A DNA stretch of 64,000 bases from Gemmatimonas sp. (GTDB lineage: Bacteria; Gemmatimonadota; Gemmatimonadetes; Gemmatimonadales; Gemmatimonadaceae): NCBI GenBank assembly GCA_965279375.1, contig OZ257156.1:1984001-2048000 (forward strand). Reading direction: 5' to 3'. How positions within the stretch are numbered: the first letter of the stretch is position 1; each line of letters opens with the position of its first letter. Below the pieces are notes generated by a model, which made no database searches, had not been told where the DNA came from, and saw only the letters and a program-made list of their open reading frames with translations. Shown piece after piece: positions 23,268 to 33,630 of the stretch. A program made the translations under genes and the position numbers.

Positions 23268-24137
23268 ATGAAACGCCGCATGTTTTTGCAGAGCGTTGGT
23301 GTGGTCACGGCAGGTTCGCTCTTGGCGCGACCGCGTTTGCTCGATGCGGCAACGCGTTCGCCGAGTGATGCGGCACGTACCACGCTCAACCGCGTCGGGC
23401 TCGAGCTGTACGCCGTGCGCAAGGCGATGAGGGCCGACCCGGAGCGTACGCTCGCGGCCGTGCGCGCTGCGGGCTACGACGATGTCGAGCTGCTTTGGTC
23501 GTTCAAGAACTTCGATCGTACCACGCAGCAGGTGCGTGACTCGCTGGCCAAGGAAGGGCTCAAGGCGCCGTCTGCGCACATCGATCCCAACATCCTGCTG
23601 AACGATTGGGAGTCGAGCCTCAACACCGCCAAGCAGTTGGGGCATCAGTATCTGATCGCGGCCGGATTGCCGGCCGAGTCACGCAAGTCGATCGATGTCT
23701 GGCGTATCTGGGCGGATCGCTTCAACCGCGCGGGTGAGGACGCGCGCAAAGCTGGCATCTGGCTGGCGTTTCACAACGAGCCTGATCACATGAAGCCGAT
23801 CGAGGGGCAGGTGCCGTACGATCTCTTCATCTCGCGCCTCGATCCCAAGGTCACGCGACTGCAGCTTGACGTGGGCAACATGGCGATGGGCGGTGGCGAT
23901 CCGATGGCGTACCTCACCAAGCATCGTGATCGCTACTGGAGCTTCCACGTGAAGGACGTCCTCGCCGATCGCACGCGCGACACCGAGCTTGGGAAAGGCG
24001 TGGTGAATCTCAAGGCGCTGCTGGCTGCAGTTCCGGATATCCAGAAGAAGCCGTGCTACGTGGAGCACGAAAGCCCGACCGACGAGCTGGCGGCGGCGCG
24101 CGCGAACTACACGTATCTCAAGTCGCTGGCGTTCTGA
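23268..24137 (+). CDS. Tat-exported sugar phosphate isomerase/epimerase (TIM barrel)
   Basis: MKRRMFLQ Tat signal; FHNE, QLDVG, HVKD, ELGKG and VEHE. Confidence 0.85.
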   Translation: MKRRMFLQSVGVVTAGSLLARPRLLDAATRSPSDAARTTLNRVGLELYAVRKAMRADPERTLAAVRAAGYDDVELLWSFKNFDRTTQQVRDSLAKEGLKAPSAHIDPNILLNDWESSLNTAKQLGHQYLIAAGLPAESRKSIDVWRIWADRFNRAGEDARKAGIWLAFHNEPDHMKPIEGQVPYDLFISRLDPKVTRLQLDVGNMAMGGGDPMAYLTKHRDRYWSFHVKDVLADRTRDTELGKGVVNLKALLAAVPDIQKKPCYVEHESPTDELAAARANYTYLKSLAF

Positions 24138-24836
24138 TCATCCGATGGTCGCGTGTTCCGACACCACGCGACCATCGAACAGCTGCACCTCCCGGTGTGC
24201 GTGACGCGCGTACCGGGAGTCGTGCGTCACCATGCAGATCGTGGCGCCGTTCGCGTTGAGCCCTCGCAACAGCTCCATCACCGCCTCCCCGTTCTTCGAG
24301 TCGAGGTTTCCGGTCGGCTCATCAGCCAGCAGGATGGTCGGATCGCCGGCGACCGCACGGGCAACGGCCACGCGCTGTTGCTGTCCGCCTGACAGCTGCG
24401 GCGGATAGTGCTTGGCGCGATGCGACATTCCCACACGCTCGAGCGCCGAGTGGACCCGCTCGCGCCGTTCCTCCGCGTTCATGCTGCGATAGGTCAGAGG
24501 TAGCTCCACGTTCTCGAAGACGGTCAGATCGCTGATCAGGTTGAATGCCTGAAAAATGAATCCGATCTCGCGATTGCGGACGCGCGCCTGCTCCAACGGA
24601 GCGAGCTCTGTCACCGGGGTTCCGTTGATGATGTAGGTCCCCGCCGTCGGGGTATCCAGCAGCCCGAGAATCGAGAGCAGCGTACTCTTGCCGCACCCCG
24701 AGGGGCCAGAAATAGACACGTACTCGCCCTTGGTCATCTCGAAATCCACGTCGGAGAGTGCGTGCGTCTCCATCTCCTCGGTGAGAAACAGCTTTCGAAT
24801 GCCCTTCATCGAGATCAGTGCATCGCTCGCGTGCAT
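24138..24836 (-). CDS. ABC transporter ATP-binding protein (MacB/LolD type)
   Basis: GPSGCGKST, LSGGQQQ, LLADEPTGNLD and VTHD. Confidence 0.95.
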   Translation of the reverse strand: MHASDALISMKGIRKLFLTEEMETHALSDVDFEMTKGEYVSISGPSGCGKSTLLSILGLLDTPTAGTYIINGTPVTELAPLEQARVRNREIGFIFQAFNLISDLTVFENVELPLTYRSMNAEERRERVHSALERVGMSHRAKHYPPQLSGGQQQRVAVARAVAGDPTILLADEPTGNLDSKNGEAVMELLRGLNANGATICMVTHDSRYARHAHREVQLFDGRVVSEHATIG

Positions 24837-24870
24837 GCTCACGCTCCGGCAAGAGGTAATTGTTCCATCG

Positions 24871-26115
24871 CTACTTGATGCGGACACGGTCGGTGGCAGC
24901 AAACGACGACATGTCCGAGAGCACGACACGGTCCCCGACCGAAAGGCCTCGGGATATTTCGATGGTGTTGACCGAGCTGCGACCAAAGTCCACCTGCACC
25001 CGTACAGCCGCATCACCACCATCGAGCACCCGGAACAGTGTCGTCACTCCCGACGTGTTCACCATCGCCGGGCGGCCTGTATACAGCACGTTGGTCATAC
25101 GCTCGATCTGAATCGTGCCGTCAACGTTGATGTCCGGCACGGCGCCGGCCGGAAGCGGACCTTCGAGCTTCACGTCAACCGTCACGTTGCCACCCGTTGA
25201 TCCGGGATCCTTGCGCGTCACGCGTCCCTTCACGATTCCATTGTGCGTATCGATGGACGCGGATTGACCGATCTGCACATCCTTCGCTTGCGACTCCGGG
25301 ATGCGGAGCACCGCCTTGAGTTGCCCGGGCTGAACGACCTTCGCGAGCGTTGTTCCTTCAGGTACCCACTGGCCGAGCTGCAACGTCAGATCCTGTAGCA
25401 CCCCGGCCTCTGGTGCGCGTACATGCAACGAGCGCAGTCGACTCTGCTGGCTCTCGGCGATCGCGTGGAGCTGCTCGACGCGGGACGCCTGCACCGCGAT
25501 CTGCGAATCGATCGACTGCGCCATCAACGTCAGGCGCTCCCGCTCGACGCGATAGCGGATGGTGTACTCTTCAGCCGATGCGCGGCGATTGGCCGCATCA
25601 AACTGCGGTACCAAGCCGAGTTTGCTCAGCGAATCCGCCGCACGGGACTCCTGTGCGCTGCTGATCCACGATGTCTTCATCGTGGCGACTACGCCCTCCT
25701 GAGACAGCAGCGCGCTGCGCAACGACGTGCGAAGATTCAGCAGATCGATCTGCGCCTGCCGCACCTGCTGCTCGGCTTGCATGGTCTGGATCTGCAGGTC
25801 CGGGTTGGAGAGCTCGAGCAATAGATCATCCGCGCCAATCTGACGACCTGATTCCGATGCAAGACGCTCTACGCGAGCGGATGCCTGCGCCGTGATCCAG
25901 CGAACATGCTCAGGCGTCAGTGATCCACTGCCACGTACTTCGCGCACGATATCGCCGCGTCGCACGGTATCCATGACCACGGTCAAACGGTCGACCACGG
26001 GCGCAGCGGGGCGCAGCTGACTCAGTGCGTATGCAGTAGCGACAAGCGCAACGCTGCCGAGCGCAACGGTGATGTTGCGTGTGCGTGAGGACCGGGGCGC
26101 GCGGGCGATGTCCAT
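24871..26115 (-). CDS. Periplasmic adaptor (membrane fusion protein, HlyD/MacA-like)
   Basis: N-terminal TM, VRGSGSL, coiled coil, VRAPEAG and GLSVGDRVV. Confidence 0.88.
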   Translation of the reverse strand: MDIARAPRSSRTRNITVALGSVALVATAYALSQLRPAAPVVDRLTVVMDTVRRGDIVREVRGSGSLTPEHVRWITAQASARVERLASESGRQIGADDLLLELSNPDLQIQTMQAEQQVRQAQIDLLNLRTSLRSALLSQEGVVATMKTSWISSAQESRAADSLSKLGLVPQFDAANRRASAEEYTIRYRVERERLTLMAQSIDSQIAVQASRVEQLHAIAESQQSRLRSLHVRAPEAGVLQDLTLQLGQWVPEGTTLAKVVQPGQLKAVLRIPESQAKDVQIGQSASIDTHNGIVKGRVTRKDPGSTGGNVTVDVKLEGPLPAGAVPDINVDGTIQIERMTNVLYTGRPAMVNTSGVTTLFRVLDGGDAAVRVQVDFGRSSVNTIEISRGLSVGDRVVLSDMSSFAATDRVRIK

Positions 26116-26145
26116 CGGATCGATCAGTGGGAGAGTAGCGTCGAG

Positions 26146-28731
26146 CTAGTCGGCGCGCAGCGATGACATCGGCGTGATGCCGATTGCGCGACGCGTGGGC
26201 ACGATCGTCGCCACCAGGGCGGAGCAAATCAGGATGCCAGTCGCTGCAGCGAACGATGGAAAGTCCAGCGGCTGGAGTCCGTACAGCGAGCTGCGCAGCA
26301 ATTGCGCCACGCCCGCGGCGGCGATCAGACCGACGACGAGTCCCCAGAGGACGGCACGGGCACTCGCGCCCAGTACGAGCATCGCGATGTGACGCGGCGT
26401 GGCACCCAGAGCGAAGCGTACGCCAATGTCGTGCTGACGCTGCTCCACCCAGTAGGTGAATACGCCCAGCATACCGACGGAGGCGAGCAGCAGTGCCAGA
26501 ACTCCGAGCGCGCCAGACACGGAGGCCGCGAAGTTTCGGTCCGCGAAGCGCTCGGCGACGTACTGCCTGTACGGCTTGATCGATACGGTCAGTGCCGGAT
26601 CACGCTCCCTGATCGCTTGCGCGAGTCGCTGCGCGCCGGCGGCGTCACCACGTACGATGACCCTGGGCGAGGCGTTCCACCGAAACGGGAGGTAGACCGC
26701 GGGCGGGATATCGCGAAATCCAACATCCCTTGCCCCCGCAATCACGCCGACGACGGTGAACGGAACGCTGTCGATGAGCATCGACGAACCCACTGCCTTG
26801 CTCGTGCCGCCAAACTGCTTCGCCATCGGTGCGTTGATGACGACCTCCTTGACGCTGGTGTCGGGTGAGTCGCGGTAGATGCGACCAGCAGCAAGGCGCA
26901 ACCCAAGCACGTCGAAGTACGAAGCGCTGGCGAACATTACCGGCGCTGGATCGTTGGAAATCGCGCCAGCGATGGAGTATCGAACTCCTTCCGGGTTGAA
27001 TGGCGCGAACCTGGCGTAAGCGACGCGCGGCAACGCGCTCGCAGCCACGAGATCGGCGATCTCCGACTGCAGTCGCGGCCCCCTGACGTTCCCTTCCTCA
27101 TTGGCTGGGATACCTACCGTCAGCTCGGTGACGTCTTCGGTGGCGAAGCCGAGATCGAGTGTGCGCTCCACCCGCGCACTGCGCACGAAGAGGCCGGCAG
27201 AGACCAGGAGCACGAGGCTGAACGTCACTTGTGCTGACAGAAACACCGAGCGCAACGGAACGCGACGGCGTTGTGCCATCAGTGGTCGCGTTGCGTGCAG
27301 GGCGGGCGCGAGACCGAAGAGCAAACAGCTCCCGACGGCCAGCGCGAGCGTGAACAGGAGCACGCGCCAGTCTGGCGTGAGTCGCAGCGACAGGGCTTGA
27401 TCGGTGATCGTGGTCATCACCCACTCCGGTACATACCGCGCGAGCAGTAGCGCCGGAACTCCCGCGAGCAGCGCGAGCAGAAGACTCTCGGTCATCAGCT
27501 GGCGTACAATCCGCGCTCGCGATGCACCAAGTGACATCCGAATGAGAATCTCGCGCTGCCGGGCGGATGCGCGAGCAAGCAGCAGGTTGGCGACGTTAGC
27601 GCAGGCCAGCAGCAGCACGACCGCGGTACCTCCGCCGATGAGCAGGAATATCGGCGTCACTTCGCGCGTCACGTTTGGTCCAGCCGACCCGACCATCGTG
27701 AAGGTCTGTGCCGTGACCCGCCGATTGAGCGTGTCGATGCCCGGGCGCATCGTGCGCGCGAGCAGCGTAGTGAGCTCTGCGTCTACTTGAGCGCGTGTTA
27801 CTCCTGCTGCCATGCGTGCGGCGACGTGCACGCAGCACTGATCGCTGTGCGCCAACGCGCCCGTCGACTGATTGTCTCGCGGGCGCACGATGGGCATCGA
27901 TGCCATGGGGATCCAGGCGTCGACGCCGACAAGGTCGGTCCCTGAGAATCCTTCCGCTGCCACGCCAATGACCGTGAACGGCACGCCTTGAACGCGCACT
28001 GTTGTCCCGATGACATTGGGCGACTTGGAGAGTGTCGTGCTCCAGTAGCGATGACTGAGCACGATGACTTGCTGTCGCGCGCCGATGCGGTCTTCGGCCG
28101 GAGCGAACGCCCGCCCACGCACTATGGGTACGCCGAGTACGGCGAAGTAGTTCGCGCTCACCGGCGCAGCGGTAATGCTGCCGGTACCGTCAGCGCGCGT
28201 GCGCTCGTGCGTAAAGACTCCCTCCAGTGTTCGCGCCTGTTCACTGAACAGCTTTACCTGATCCAGTGAGAATCCGGATTGGCGCCGGTTGCCCGGCTCG
28301 CCGATGGACGTCGCGAACAGTGCAGTCAGCCGCTCCGGTTGCTGCACATTCCATCCGCGCAGCATGAACGCGTTCACGCCAGTGAATGCGGCGGCCGCGA
28401 ATCCAAGTCCGCCGCCGAGTGCAAGAATCGCGACGAGCGCGAACATGGGTTGGCGACGGATCGATCGCATCGCATAAGCAATATCCTGACCGACGGACTC
28501 GATCCACGGTCCGAGCCACACGCCGCGGGTGGTCTCACGCACAGCTGTGGCATTGCCAAGGGCACGATGCGCTGCGGCACGCGCGTCATCCGGCGACAAG
28601 CCGCGCGCCTCGAAGTCGTGGCGACGGCTCTCGAGATGATAAGCCATCTCCTCGGCGAGCTCCGCGTTGTGTCGACGCCAGTTCCACAGCACACGCAGCC
28701 GTCGCCACAGGCGCGCCGGGTCGTCAATCAC
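26146..28731 (-). CDS. ADOP-family duplicated MacB/FtsX-type ABC permease
   Basis: ELAEEMAYH..ALGN leader, QDIAYAMR, LACANVANLLLARA and IGVRFALGA. Confidence 0.9.
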   Translation of the reverse strand: MIDDPARLWRRLRVLWNWRRHNAELAEEMAYHLESRRHDFEARGLSPDDARAAAHRALGNATAVRETTRGVWLGPWIESVGQDIAYAMRSIRRQPMFALVAILALGGGLGFAAAAFTGVNAFMLRGWNVQQPERLTALFATSIGEPGNRRQSGFSLDQVKLFSEQARTLEGVFTHERTRADGTGSITAAPVSANYFAVLGVPIVRGRAFAPAEDRIGARQQVIVLSHRYWSTTLSKSPNVIGTTVRVQGVPFTVIGVAAEGFSGTDLVGVDAWIPMASMPIVRPRDNQSTGALAHSDQCCVHVAARMAAGVTRAQVDAELTTLLARTMRPGIDTLNRRVTAQTFTMVGSAGPNVTREVTPIFLLIGGGTAVVLLLACANVANLLLARASARQREILIRMSLGASRARIVRQLMTESLLLALLAGVPALLLARYVPEWVMTTITDQALSLRLTPDWRVLLFTLALAVGSCLLFGLAPALHATRPLMAQRRRVPLRSVFLSAQVTFSLVLLVSAGLFVRSARVERTLDLGFATEDVTELTVGIPANEEGNVRGPRLQSEIADLVAASALPRVAYARFAPFNPEGVRYSIAGAISNDPAPVMFASASYFDVLGLRLAAGRIYRDSPDTSVKEVVINAPMAKQFGGTSKAVGSSMLIDSVPFTVVGVIAGARDVGFRDIPPAVYLPFRWNASPRVIVRGDAAGAQRLAQAIRERDPALTVSIKPYRQYVAERFADRNFAASVSGALGVLALLLASVGMLGVFTYWVEQRQHDIGVRFALGATPRHIAMLVLGASARAVLWGLVVGLIAAAGVAQLLRSSLYGLQPLDFPSFAAATGILICSALVATIVPTRRAIGITPMSSLRAD

Positions 28732-29059
28732 TGGCCAGCACCAGCTGGATCGCGAACACCATGCGCTCGAAACCTTCGCGCTCCGCCGCCAGATGCTTTC
28801 GTCCCGACGCGGTCAACGTGTAGTAGCGTGCGCGACGGTTGTTCTCAGACGTGCCCCACTCCGCCTTGACGAAGCCATCGAGCAGCAGACGCTGCAGCGC
28901 GGGATAAAGGGAGCTCTCCCCCACGTGCAGCACATTCCCCGAGCGCTGCCCGAGGTACTCGGCAATGCCGTACCCGTGCCGACGACCGGCAACGAGGGAC
29001 TTGAGGACCAGCAGATCGAGCGTGCCCGGCAGAAGCGCCGGCGATTCGCGCGGTGGCAT
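28724..29059 (-). CDS. PadR-family transcriptional regulator
   Basis: GTLDLLVLK, HGYGI, SLYPALQRL and WGTSENNRRARYY; overlaps the permease start. Confidence 0.93.
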   Translation of the reverse strand: MPPRESPALLPGTLDLLVLKSLVAGRRHGYGIAEYLGQRSGNVLHVGESSLYPALQRLLLDGFVKAEWGTSENNRRARYYTLTASGRKHLAAEREGFERMVFAIQLVLASD

Positions 29060-29067
29060 GCAGTCGT

Positions 29068-29144
29068 TCTCCCATCGATAGACGATGGGAGAGTATTGTC
29101 AGGCCGGCCGGTGTTTGTCAACTCCCATCGGCTGTCGATGGGAG
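29068..29144 (-). promoter_or_regulatory. Two palindromic operators flanking the padR promoter
   Basis: TCTCCCATCG-N5-CGATGGGAGA (29068-29092) and CTCCCATCG-N5-CGATGGGAG (29122-29144); minus-strand TTGACA at 29121-29116 and AATACT at 29097-29092. Confidence 0.8.
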
Positions 29145-29158
29145 AGGCCCTGGGACAC

Positions 29159-30619
29159 TCAGTGCTTGCCGGCCACGCTCACCAGCGTCCGGAAGATCAT
29201 CTCGGTTCCGTGCTTCAAGGCCTCAACGCCGACGCGCTCGTCATTGCCGTGCATGCGCGTGAGCTCGTCCGTCGAGATGGCGTACGGGTAGATGCCGTAC
29301 ACCGGAATGCCGCGGCTGCGCCACGCGGCCGCATCGGTGCCAGCCTGAAAGAGATACGGCGTGACACGCGCCGTGGGGTACTGCACCTTCGCTTCGCGCT
29401 CGAGCGCGGCGTAGAGCTCGGTGTTGGTAGGCGACTCCATGACCACGGGCGCCGTTGAGGCGAGGGCCGAGGTCGCACTGGCGCTCGCACCGCCGGGTGC
29501 GCGTGCCGTTCCCACTTCAACACGCGGATCGTTGATCACGCGCTTCAGCTCGGCGATGATCGCCGATACCGGCGTGCCGGGAATCGTGCGCACGTTGATC
29601 GTCGCTTCGGCCGATCCGGGAATGACGTTGCTGCGAAAGCCGGCGTTCATCAACACCGGCGCGTAGGTGTTGCGCATGATCGCGTGCAGCAGCGGGTCCT
29701 TGCTGATGATGCGATCGGCGATGCGCACTTTGGCTGGACTGCCACTGACCAGATCGCGGAAGTACTGCGACATGGGTGCTGCACTGGTCGCGGCCAGCGT
29801 GGAGAAGAACTGACGCGTGCTCGCCGTCAACTGAACTTCGGTCTCGTAGTCCGCCAACTTTGCCATCGCCTTGGAGAGCGAGAAGATCGCCTGGTCCGGA
29901 CGCGGCATCGAGCTGTGCGTGGACGTGCCACGCGCCGTGAGCACGATGCCGATCGATGACTTGTCGGCAGTGGAGATGCTCACATACTGCGTCTTGCCGC
30001 TGGCATCGTTGATGATCCAGCCGCCCTCGTTCAATGCGAACTCGGCGTCGATCTTCGCGAAGTGATCCTTTGCCAGCCAACTGGTGTTGAAGGGCGCGCC
30101 TTCTTCATCCGCCTCGGCCATGAAGATCACGTCGCGCGACAACGGGATCTTTTGTTCGGCCAGCATCATCGCGGCGCGCGCAAACACTGCCAGTCCGCCC
30201 TTGAAGTCGATCGCGCCACGGCCGTACACCGCGCCGTCCTTGATCACGCCGGCGAACGGATCGACCGTCCACTTCTCCCGCTCCACGCCTACGACGTCGG
30301 CGTGCGCCGCGATCAGCAGCGGCTTCTTCGATCCGTCACCACGCAGTCGTGCGATGAAGTGCGCCTTGCCGGCCTGCGGTGTTGGGATGATGTCGATCTC
30401 GAACCCGAGTGCCTTGAAGCGCGGGGCGAGCAGGTTGGCGATCTGTTCCTCGTTGCCCGGTGGATTGCTCGTGTTCACACGAATCAGCTCAACCAGCAAC
30501 GCGGCCGTTGGATTGGTTGCCGTCGACGCCGTAGTGGTCTGTGCGTACAGAGCGCTCGAGGAGAGCGACACACTGACGAGCGCCGAGGCGACGAGCGGGC
30601 GGAAAGCGTTGCGTAGCAT
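29159..30619 (-). CDS. Exported M20/M25/M40 metallo-hydrolase
   Basis: Signal peptide; AHADVV, GRGAIDFK, ADEE, NEGG and MHGNDER. Confidence 0.9.
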   Translation of the reverse strand: MLRNAFRPLVASALVSVSLSSSALYAQTTTASTATNPTAALLVELIRVNTSNPPGNEEQIANLLAPRFKALGFEIDIIPTPQAGKAHFIARLRGDGSKKPLLIAAHADVVGVEREKWTVDPFAGVIKDGAVYGRGAIDFKGGLAVFARAAMMLAEQKIPLSRDVIFMAEADEEGAPFNTSWLAKDHFAKIDAEFALNEGGWIINDASGKTQYVSISTADKSSIGIVLTARGTSTHSSMPRPDQAIFSLSKAMAKLADYETEVQLTASTRQFFSTLAATSAAPMSQYFRDLVSGSPAKVRIADRIISKDPLLHAIMRNTYAPVLMNAGFRSNVIPGSAEATINVRTIPGTPVSAIIAELKRVINDPRVEVGTARAPGGASASATSALASTAPVVMESPTNTELYAALEREAKVQYPTARVTPYLFQAGTDAAAWRSRGIPVYGIYPYAISTDELTRMHGNDERVGVEALKHGTEMIFRTLVSVAGKH

Positions 30620-30771
30620 GGACGGAGCTGGAGCTGAGAGAGTCGAGACAGTCGGCGACGGGGGCGAAAGACGCGCAAACGTTCGCGTCCGACGGCTGGC
30701 GCCGCCAGAGGCACCCAGGCTGCGTCGCCGGCTCGATTGACCACTCGGCCAGCGAGTCCGTAGCTTGGCGC

Positions 30772-32223
30772 ATGCGACCACTCCAGATCTCGGCGGCCAT
30801 GGCCTGCATCGCGGCACTGCCCGCCACCGCCCTTTTCGCGCAGACGCGTTCCGCTTCGCAACCGTTGGCGGCGAGCGCCGCCGCCGCGATCGATACGCTG
30901 TTCACTGCGTATTCGCACTCCGGTTCGCCCGGCTGTGCGGTTGGCGTCTATCAGAACGGCGCCGTGACGTTCGCGCGTGGCTACGGCTTTGCGAATCTCA
31001 CGCACAACGTGCCGATCACGCCGGATACCAGATTCACCGTCGGTTCCGTCTCCAAGCAGTTCACGGCGGCCAGCATCGCGCTCTTGGTGCGCGCGGGAAA
31101 GCTTTCGCTCGACGACGATGTACGCAAATACGTGCCAGAGCTTCGCGCCTACGACACACCGGTGCGCATTCGTCATCTTGTGCACCACACGAGCGGCATG
31201 CGCGACTTCTGGGAGTTGGCGGAGATCGCCGGCATGCGTCTCGACGACGGCTACACGGTCAATGACATGTTCGCCTTCGCGGCGCGCCAGCAGCGGCTCA
31301 ACTTCACGCCAGGCGCCGAGTATCGGTACAGCAACACGGGGTACCTCGCGCTGGGCGTGGTGGTGCAACGTGTGACTGGGCAATCGCTGCGCCGCTTTGC
31401 CGACTCGGCGATTTTCGCTCCGCTGGGCATGCGAGGCAGTCTGTTTCTCGACGACCACAACGAGATCGTCAGCGGCCGCGCGATGGCCTACGAACCGCGG
31501 AGTGGCGGCTGGCGTATCAACGTCTGGAACAACGATCTGGTGGGTCAGGGCGGTGTGGTCACGTCACTCGCGGATCTGCAGCGGTGGGATGAGAACTTCT
31601 ACACCGGCACCGTTGGCGGACAGCCGTTCATCGACCTGCTGCTGAGCACGGAGCCGTTCAACAGCGGCGCACCCAATTCGTACGCCTTCGGCAATGAGGT
31701 CGATACGTATCGCGGTCTGCGTTTGGTGCAGCACACCGGATCGACAGGTGGCTATCGTGCGGCGCTGTATCGCTTCCCCGATCAGCACACGAGTTTCGCG
31801 ATGCTCTGCAACGTCAGCACGGTGAACACGGGCGCCGTGGCGCTGCGCATGGCGGATGTAGTGCTGCGCGATGTGCTGGGGCCCGTCGTCGCCGCGGCGC
31901 CGCGCGCTGTGCAGGCGGCTGCACCGACCGCGACGGCGACGGTCGCGCGCCCGGCTGAACGCATGATGATCGCGGGGCGCTACACGAGTGCGGAGCTCAA
32001 CGACGCCGTGTTCGAAGTGGCGGTGACGGCGGAGAGCGGGCCAATGGTGCTCCGCCGTCCGCGGAGCCAGCCCATCATCCTGGTCGCGAACACGAACGTC
32101 CGCGAGTATCAGGCAGGCCCTAACCTCGTCCTGCACTTCGATGCGCCCGTGCGCGGAACGGCACCGGGGTTCACGCTCGATGGCGGACGCGTGCAGGGCA
32201 TTCGCTTCGTACTCGTGCCCTAG
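30772..32223 (+). CDS. Exported serine hydrolase (class C beta-lactamase / S12 family)
   Basis: Signal peptide; SVSK, YSN and HTG motifs. Confidence 0.9.
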   Translation: MRPLQISAAMACIAALPATALFAQTRSASQPLAASAAAAIDTLFTAYSHSGSPGCAVGVYQNGAVTFARGYGFANLTHNVPITPDTRFTVGSVSKQFTAASIALLVRAGKLSLDDDVRKYVPELRAYDTPVRIRHLVHHTSGMRDFWELAEIAGMRLDDGYTVNDMFAFAARQQRLNFTPGAEYRYSNTGYLALGVVVQRVTGQSLRRFADSAIFAPLGMRGSLFLDDHNEIVSGRAMAYEPRSGGWRINVWNNDLVGQGGVVTSLADLQRWDENFYTGTVGGQPFIDLLLSTEPFNSGAPNSYAFGNEVDTYRGLRLVQHTGSTGGYRAALYRFPDQHTSFAMLCNVSTVNTGAVALRMADVVLRDVLGPVVAAAPRAVQAAAPTATATVARPAERMMIAGRYTSAELNDAVFEVAVTAESGPMVLRRPRSQPIILVANTNVREYQAGPNLVLHFDAPVRGTAPGFTLDGGRVQGIRFVLVP

Positions 32224-32231
32224 TAAGAATG

Positions 32232-32273
32232 GCGAACGCCGCCGTCGGAGTTGCTCCCGACGGCGGCGTTCGC
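32232..32273. terminator. Strong hairpin between convergent genes, probable bidirectional terminator
   Basis: 17-bp perfect stem GCGAACGCCGCCGTCGG / CCGACGGCGGCGTTCGC with 8-nt loop; no clear poly-U tail. Confidence 0.7.
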
Positions 32274-32304
32274 ACATAAGCTTCGGTACGACCTACGAGA
32301 CGAG

Positions 32305-33630
32305 CTACGGCACGACCTTGGCGGGCGGCATCGTCTTGATGCCGTCAGCGAACGTGGCGGCGAGCAGATAGAGCAGCTTGGTGGACGGCAGTGCCGACGA
32401 GGCGAGCGCATACTCGGTCAGCTGATGCGCGCCGTTTGCCTTGGACCCACCGATCGCGATGCTCGGGATCTTGCGCACTACGCCGGGATTTGCGTCCGTC
32501 GCCCCAGTGGCCACCGCTTCACGCGCACCGGGCATGCCTGAGCTCATGCCCAACGCCCGGTTGATGTCGATCGCCGTCTGCACGATGGGATGCGCGCGCG
32601 CGCCTTCGAGCATCTTCTCGGTGCCGCCAGCGCCGCTCTTCTGTTCGATCTCCACACGCAGGCCGACCTTCTGTTTGTCGGCGACTTCCTTGGTGATGCG
32701 CGTGATCGTGCGATCGAGCGAATCAAGCAGCGCCGGGTCGGAGCTGCGCAGGTCGACGGTGAAGTAGAGCTCCTGCGGCACGGCGTTGAAGATGTTGCCG
32801 CCATGGATCTGCCCGATGTTCATCACCGCGCCGTCCGGCAGGGCGGGGAACTGCAGTTCATACAGACGATTGATCGCTTCCGCCACCGCCTTGACCGGCG
32901 TGGCGATGCCGCGCGACGCGAGCGTGTGTGCGCCCGGGTGCGTGAAGACGTACCGGGTCCAGTAGATACCAAGGGCGCCATACGCCACGCTGCCGTACGC
33001 GCCATCGGGCACGATGAGCAGGTCTGGCTTGGGATTGTGCTGCAGCCAGTACTCCATCCCCTTGAGGCCGAGCTCTTCCTGCACGGTGGCGATGAAGATG
33101 ATGTCGCCCTTGCTGGTGAACTTGGTGGCGTTCATCGCGCGTAGCGTGGCCAGCATGTTCGCCACCGACGCGGTGTTGTCGCCAATGCCCGGTGCAAACA
33201 GCGTGTCGCCGGAGCGTCGCACCTTGGTGTTCGTTTCCGGCGGGAAGACGATGTCGGTGTGCGCGGCAATCACGATCGTGGGGCCGCCGCCGGTGCCCTT
33301 ACGCACGCCGGTCACGTTGCCGATCGAATCCGTCGTGACCTTGAGCCCTTCCTTGGTGAACACCGACTTCACGTACGCGCCGCGCGCCTGCTCCAACCGC
33401 GACTTGCCGGGCATCTCCGCAATGCGAATCCACTCGGCCTGCTGCTGCGGGAACTGCTGCTCGAGGCGCGCCATTGCCGCCTTCACGTCGGCGCGCTGCA
33501 TGAGAGCCGGGTCCCAACTCGTGGGATACTGCTGTGCGGCGAGTGGTGCGGCAGACGCCGCAGCGCAAAGCGCGGCGAGGGCAACACTCTTCGTAGCGAC
33601 CTTCATGGCAACCTTCGCAACGCGCTTCAC
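32305..33630 (-). CDS. Exported M20-family peptidase
   Basis: AHTDIVF, APGIGDN, VQEELG, ATDAN and AHQLTE. GTG start overlaps the fumarase stop; alternative ATG at 33606. Confidence 0.85.
   Translation of the reverse strand: MKRVAKVAMKVATKSVALAALCAAASAAPLAAQQYPTSWDPALMQRADVKAAMARLEQQFPQQQAEWIRIAEMPGKSRLEQARGAYVKSVFTKEGLKVTTDSIGNVTGVRKGTGGGPTIVIAAHTDIVFPPETNTKVRRSGDTLFAPGIGDNTASVANMLATLRAMNATKFTSKGDIIFIATVQEELGLKGMEYWLQHNPKPDLLIVPDGAYGSVAYGALGIYWTRYVFTHPGAHTLASRGIATPVKAVAEAINRLYELQFPALPDGAVMNIGQIHGGNIFNAVPQELYFTVDLRSSDPALLDSLDRTITRITKEVADKQKVGLRVEIEQKSGAGGTEKMLEGARAHPIVQTAIDINRALGMSSGMPGAREAVATGATDANPGVVRKIPSIAIGGSKANGAHQLTEYALASSALPSTKLLYLLAATFADGIKTMPPAKVVP

Noticed and set aside
30772..32223. 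Beta-lactam resistance controlled by the BlaI/M56 pair
   Set aside because: The hydrolase is over 20 kb away, I saw no operator upstream of it, and the M56 lacks a penicillin-binding domain.
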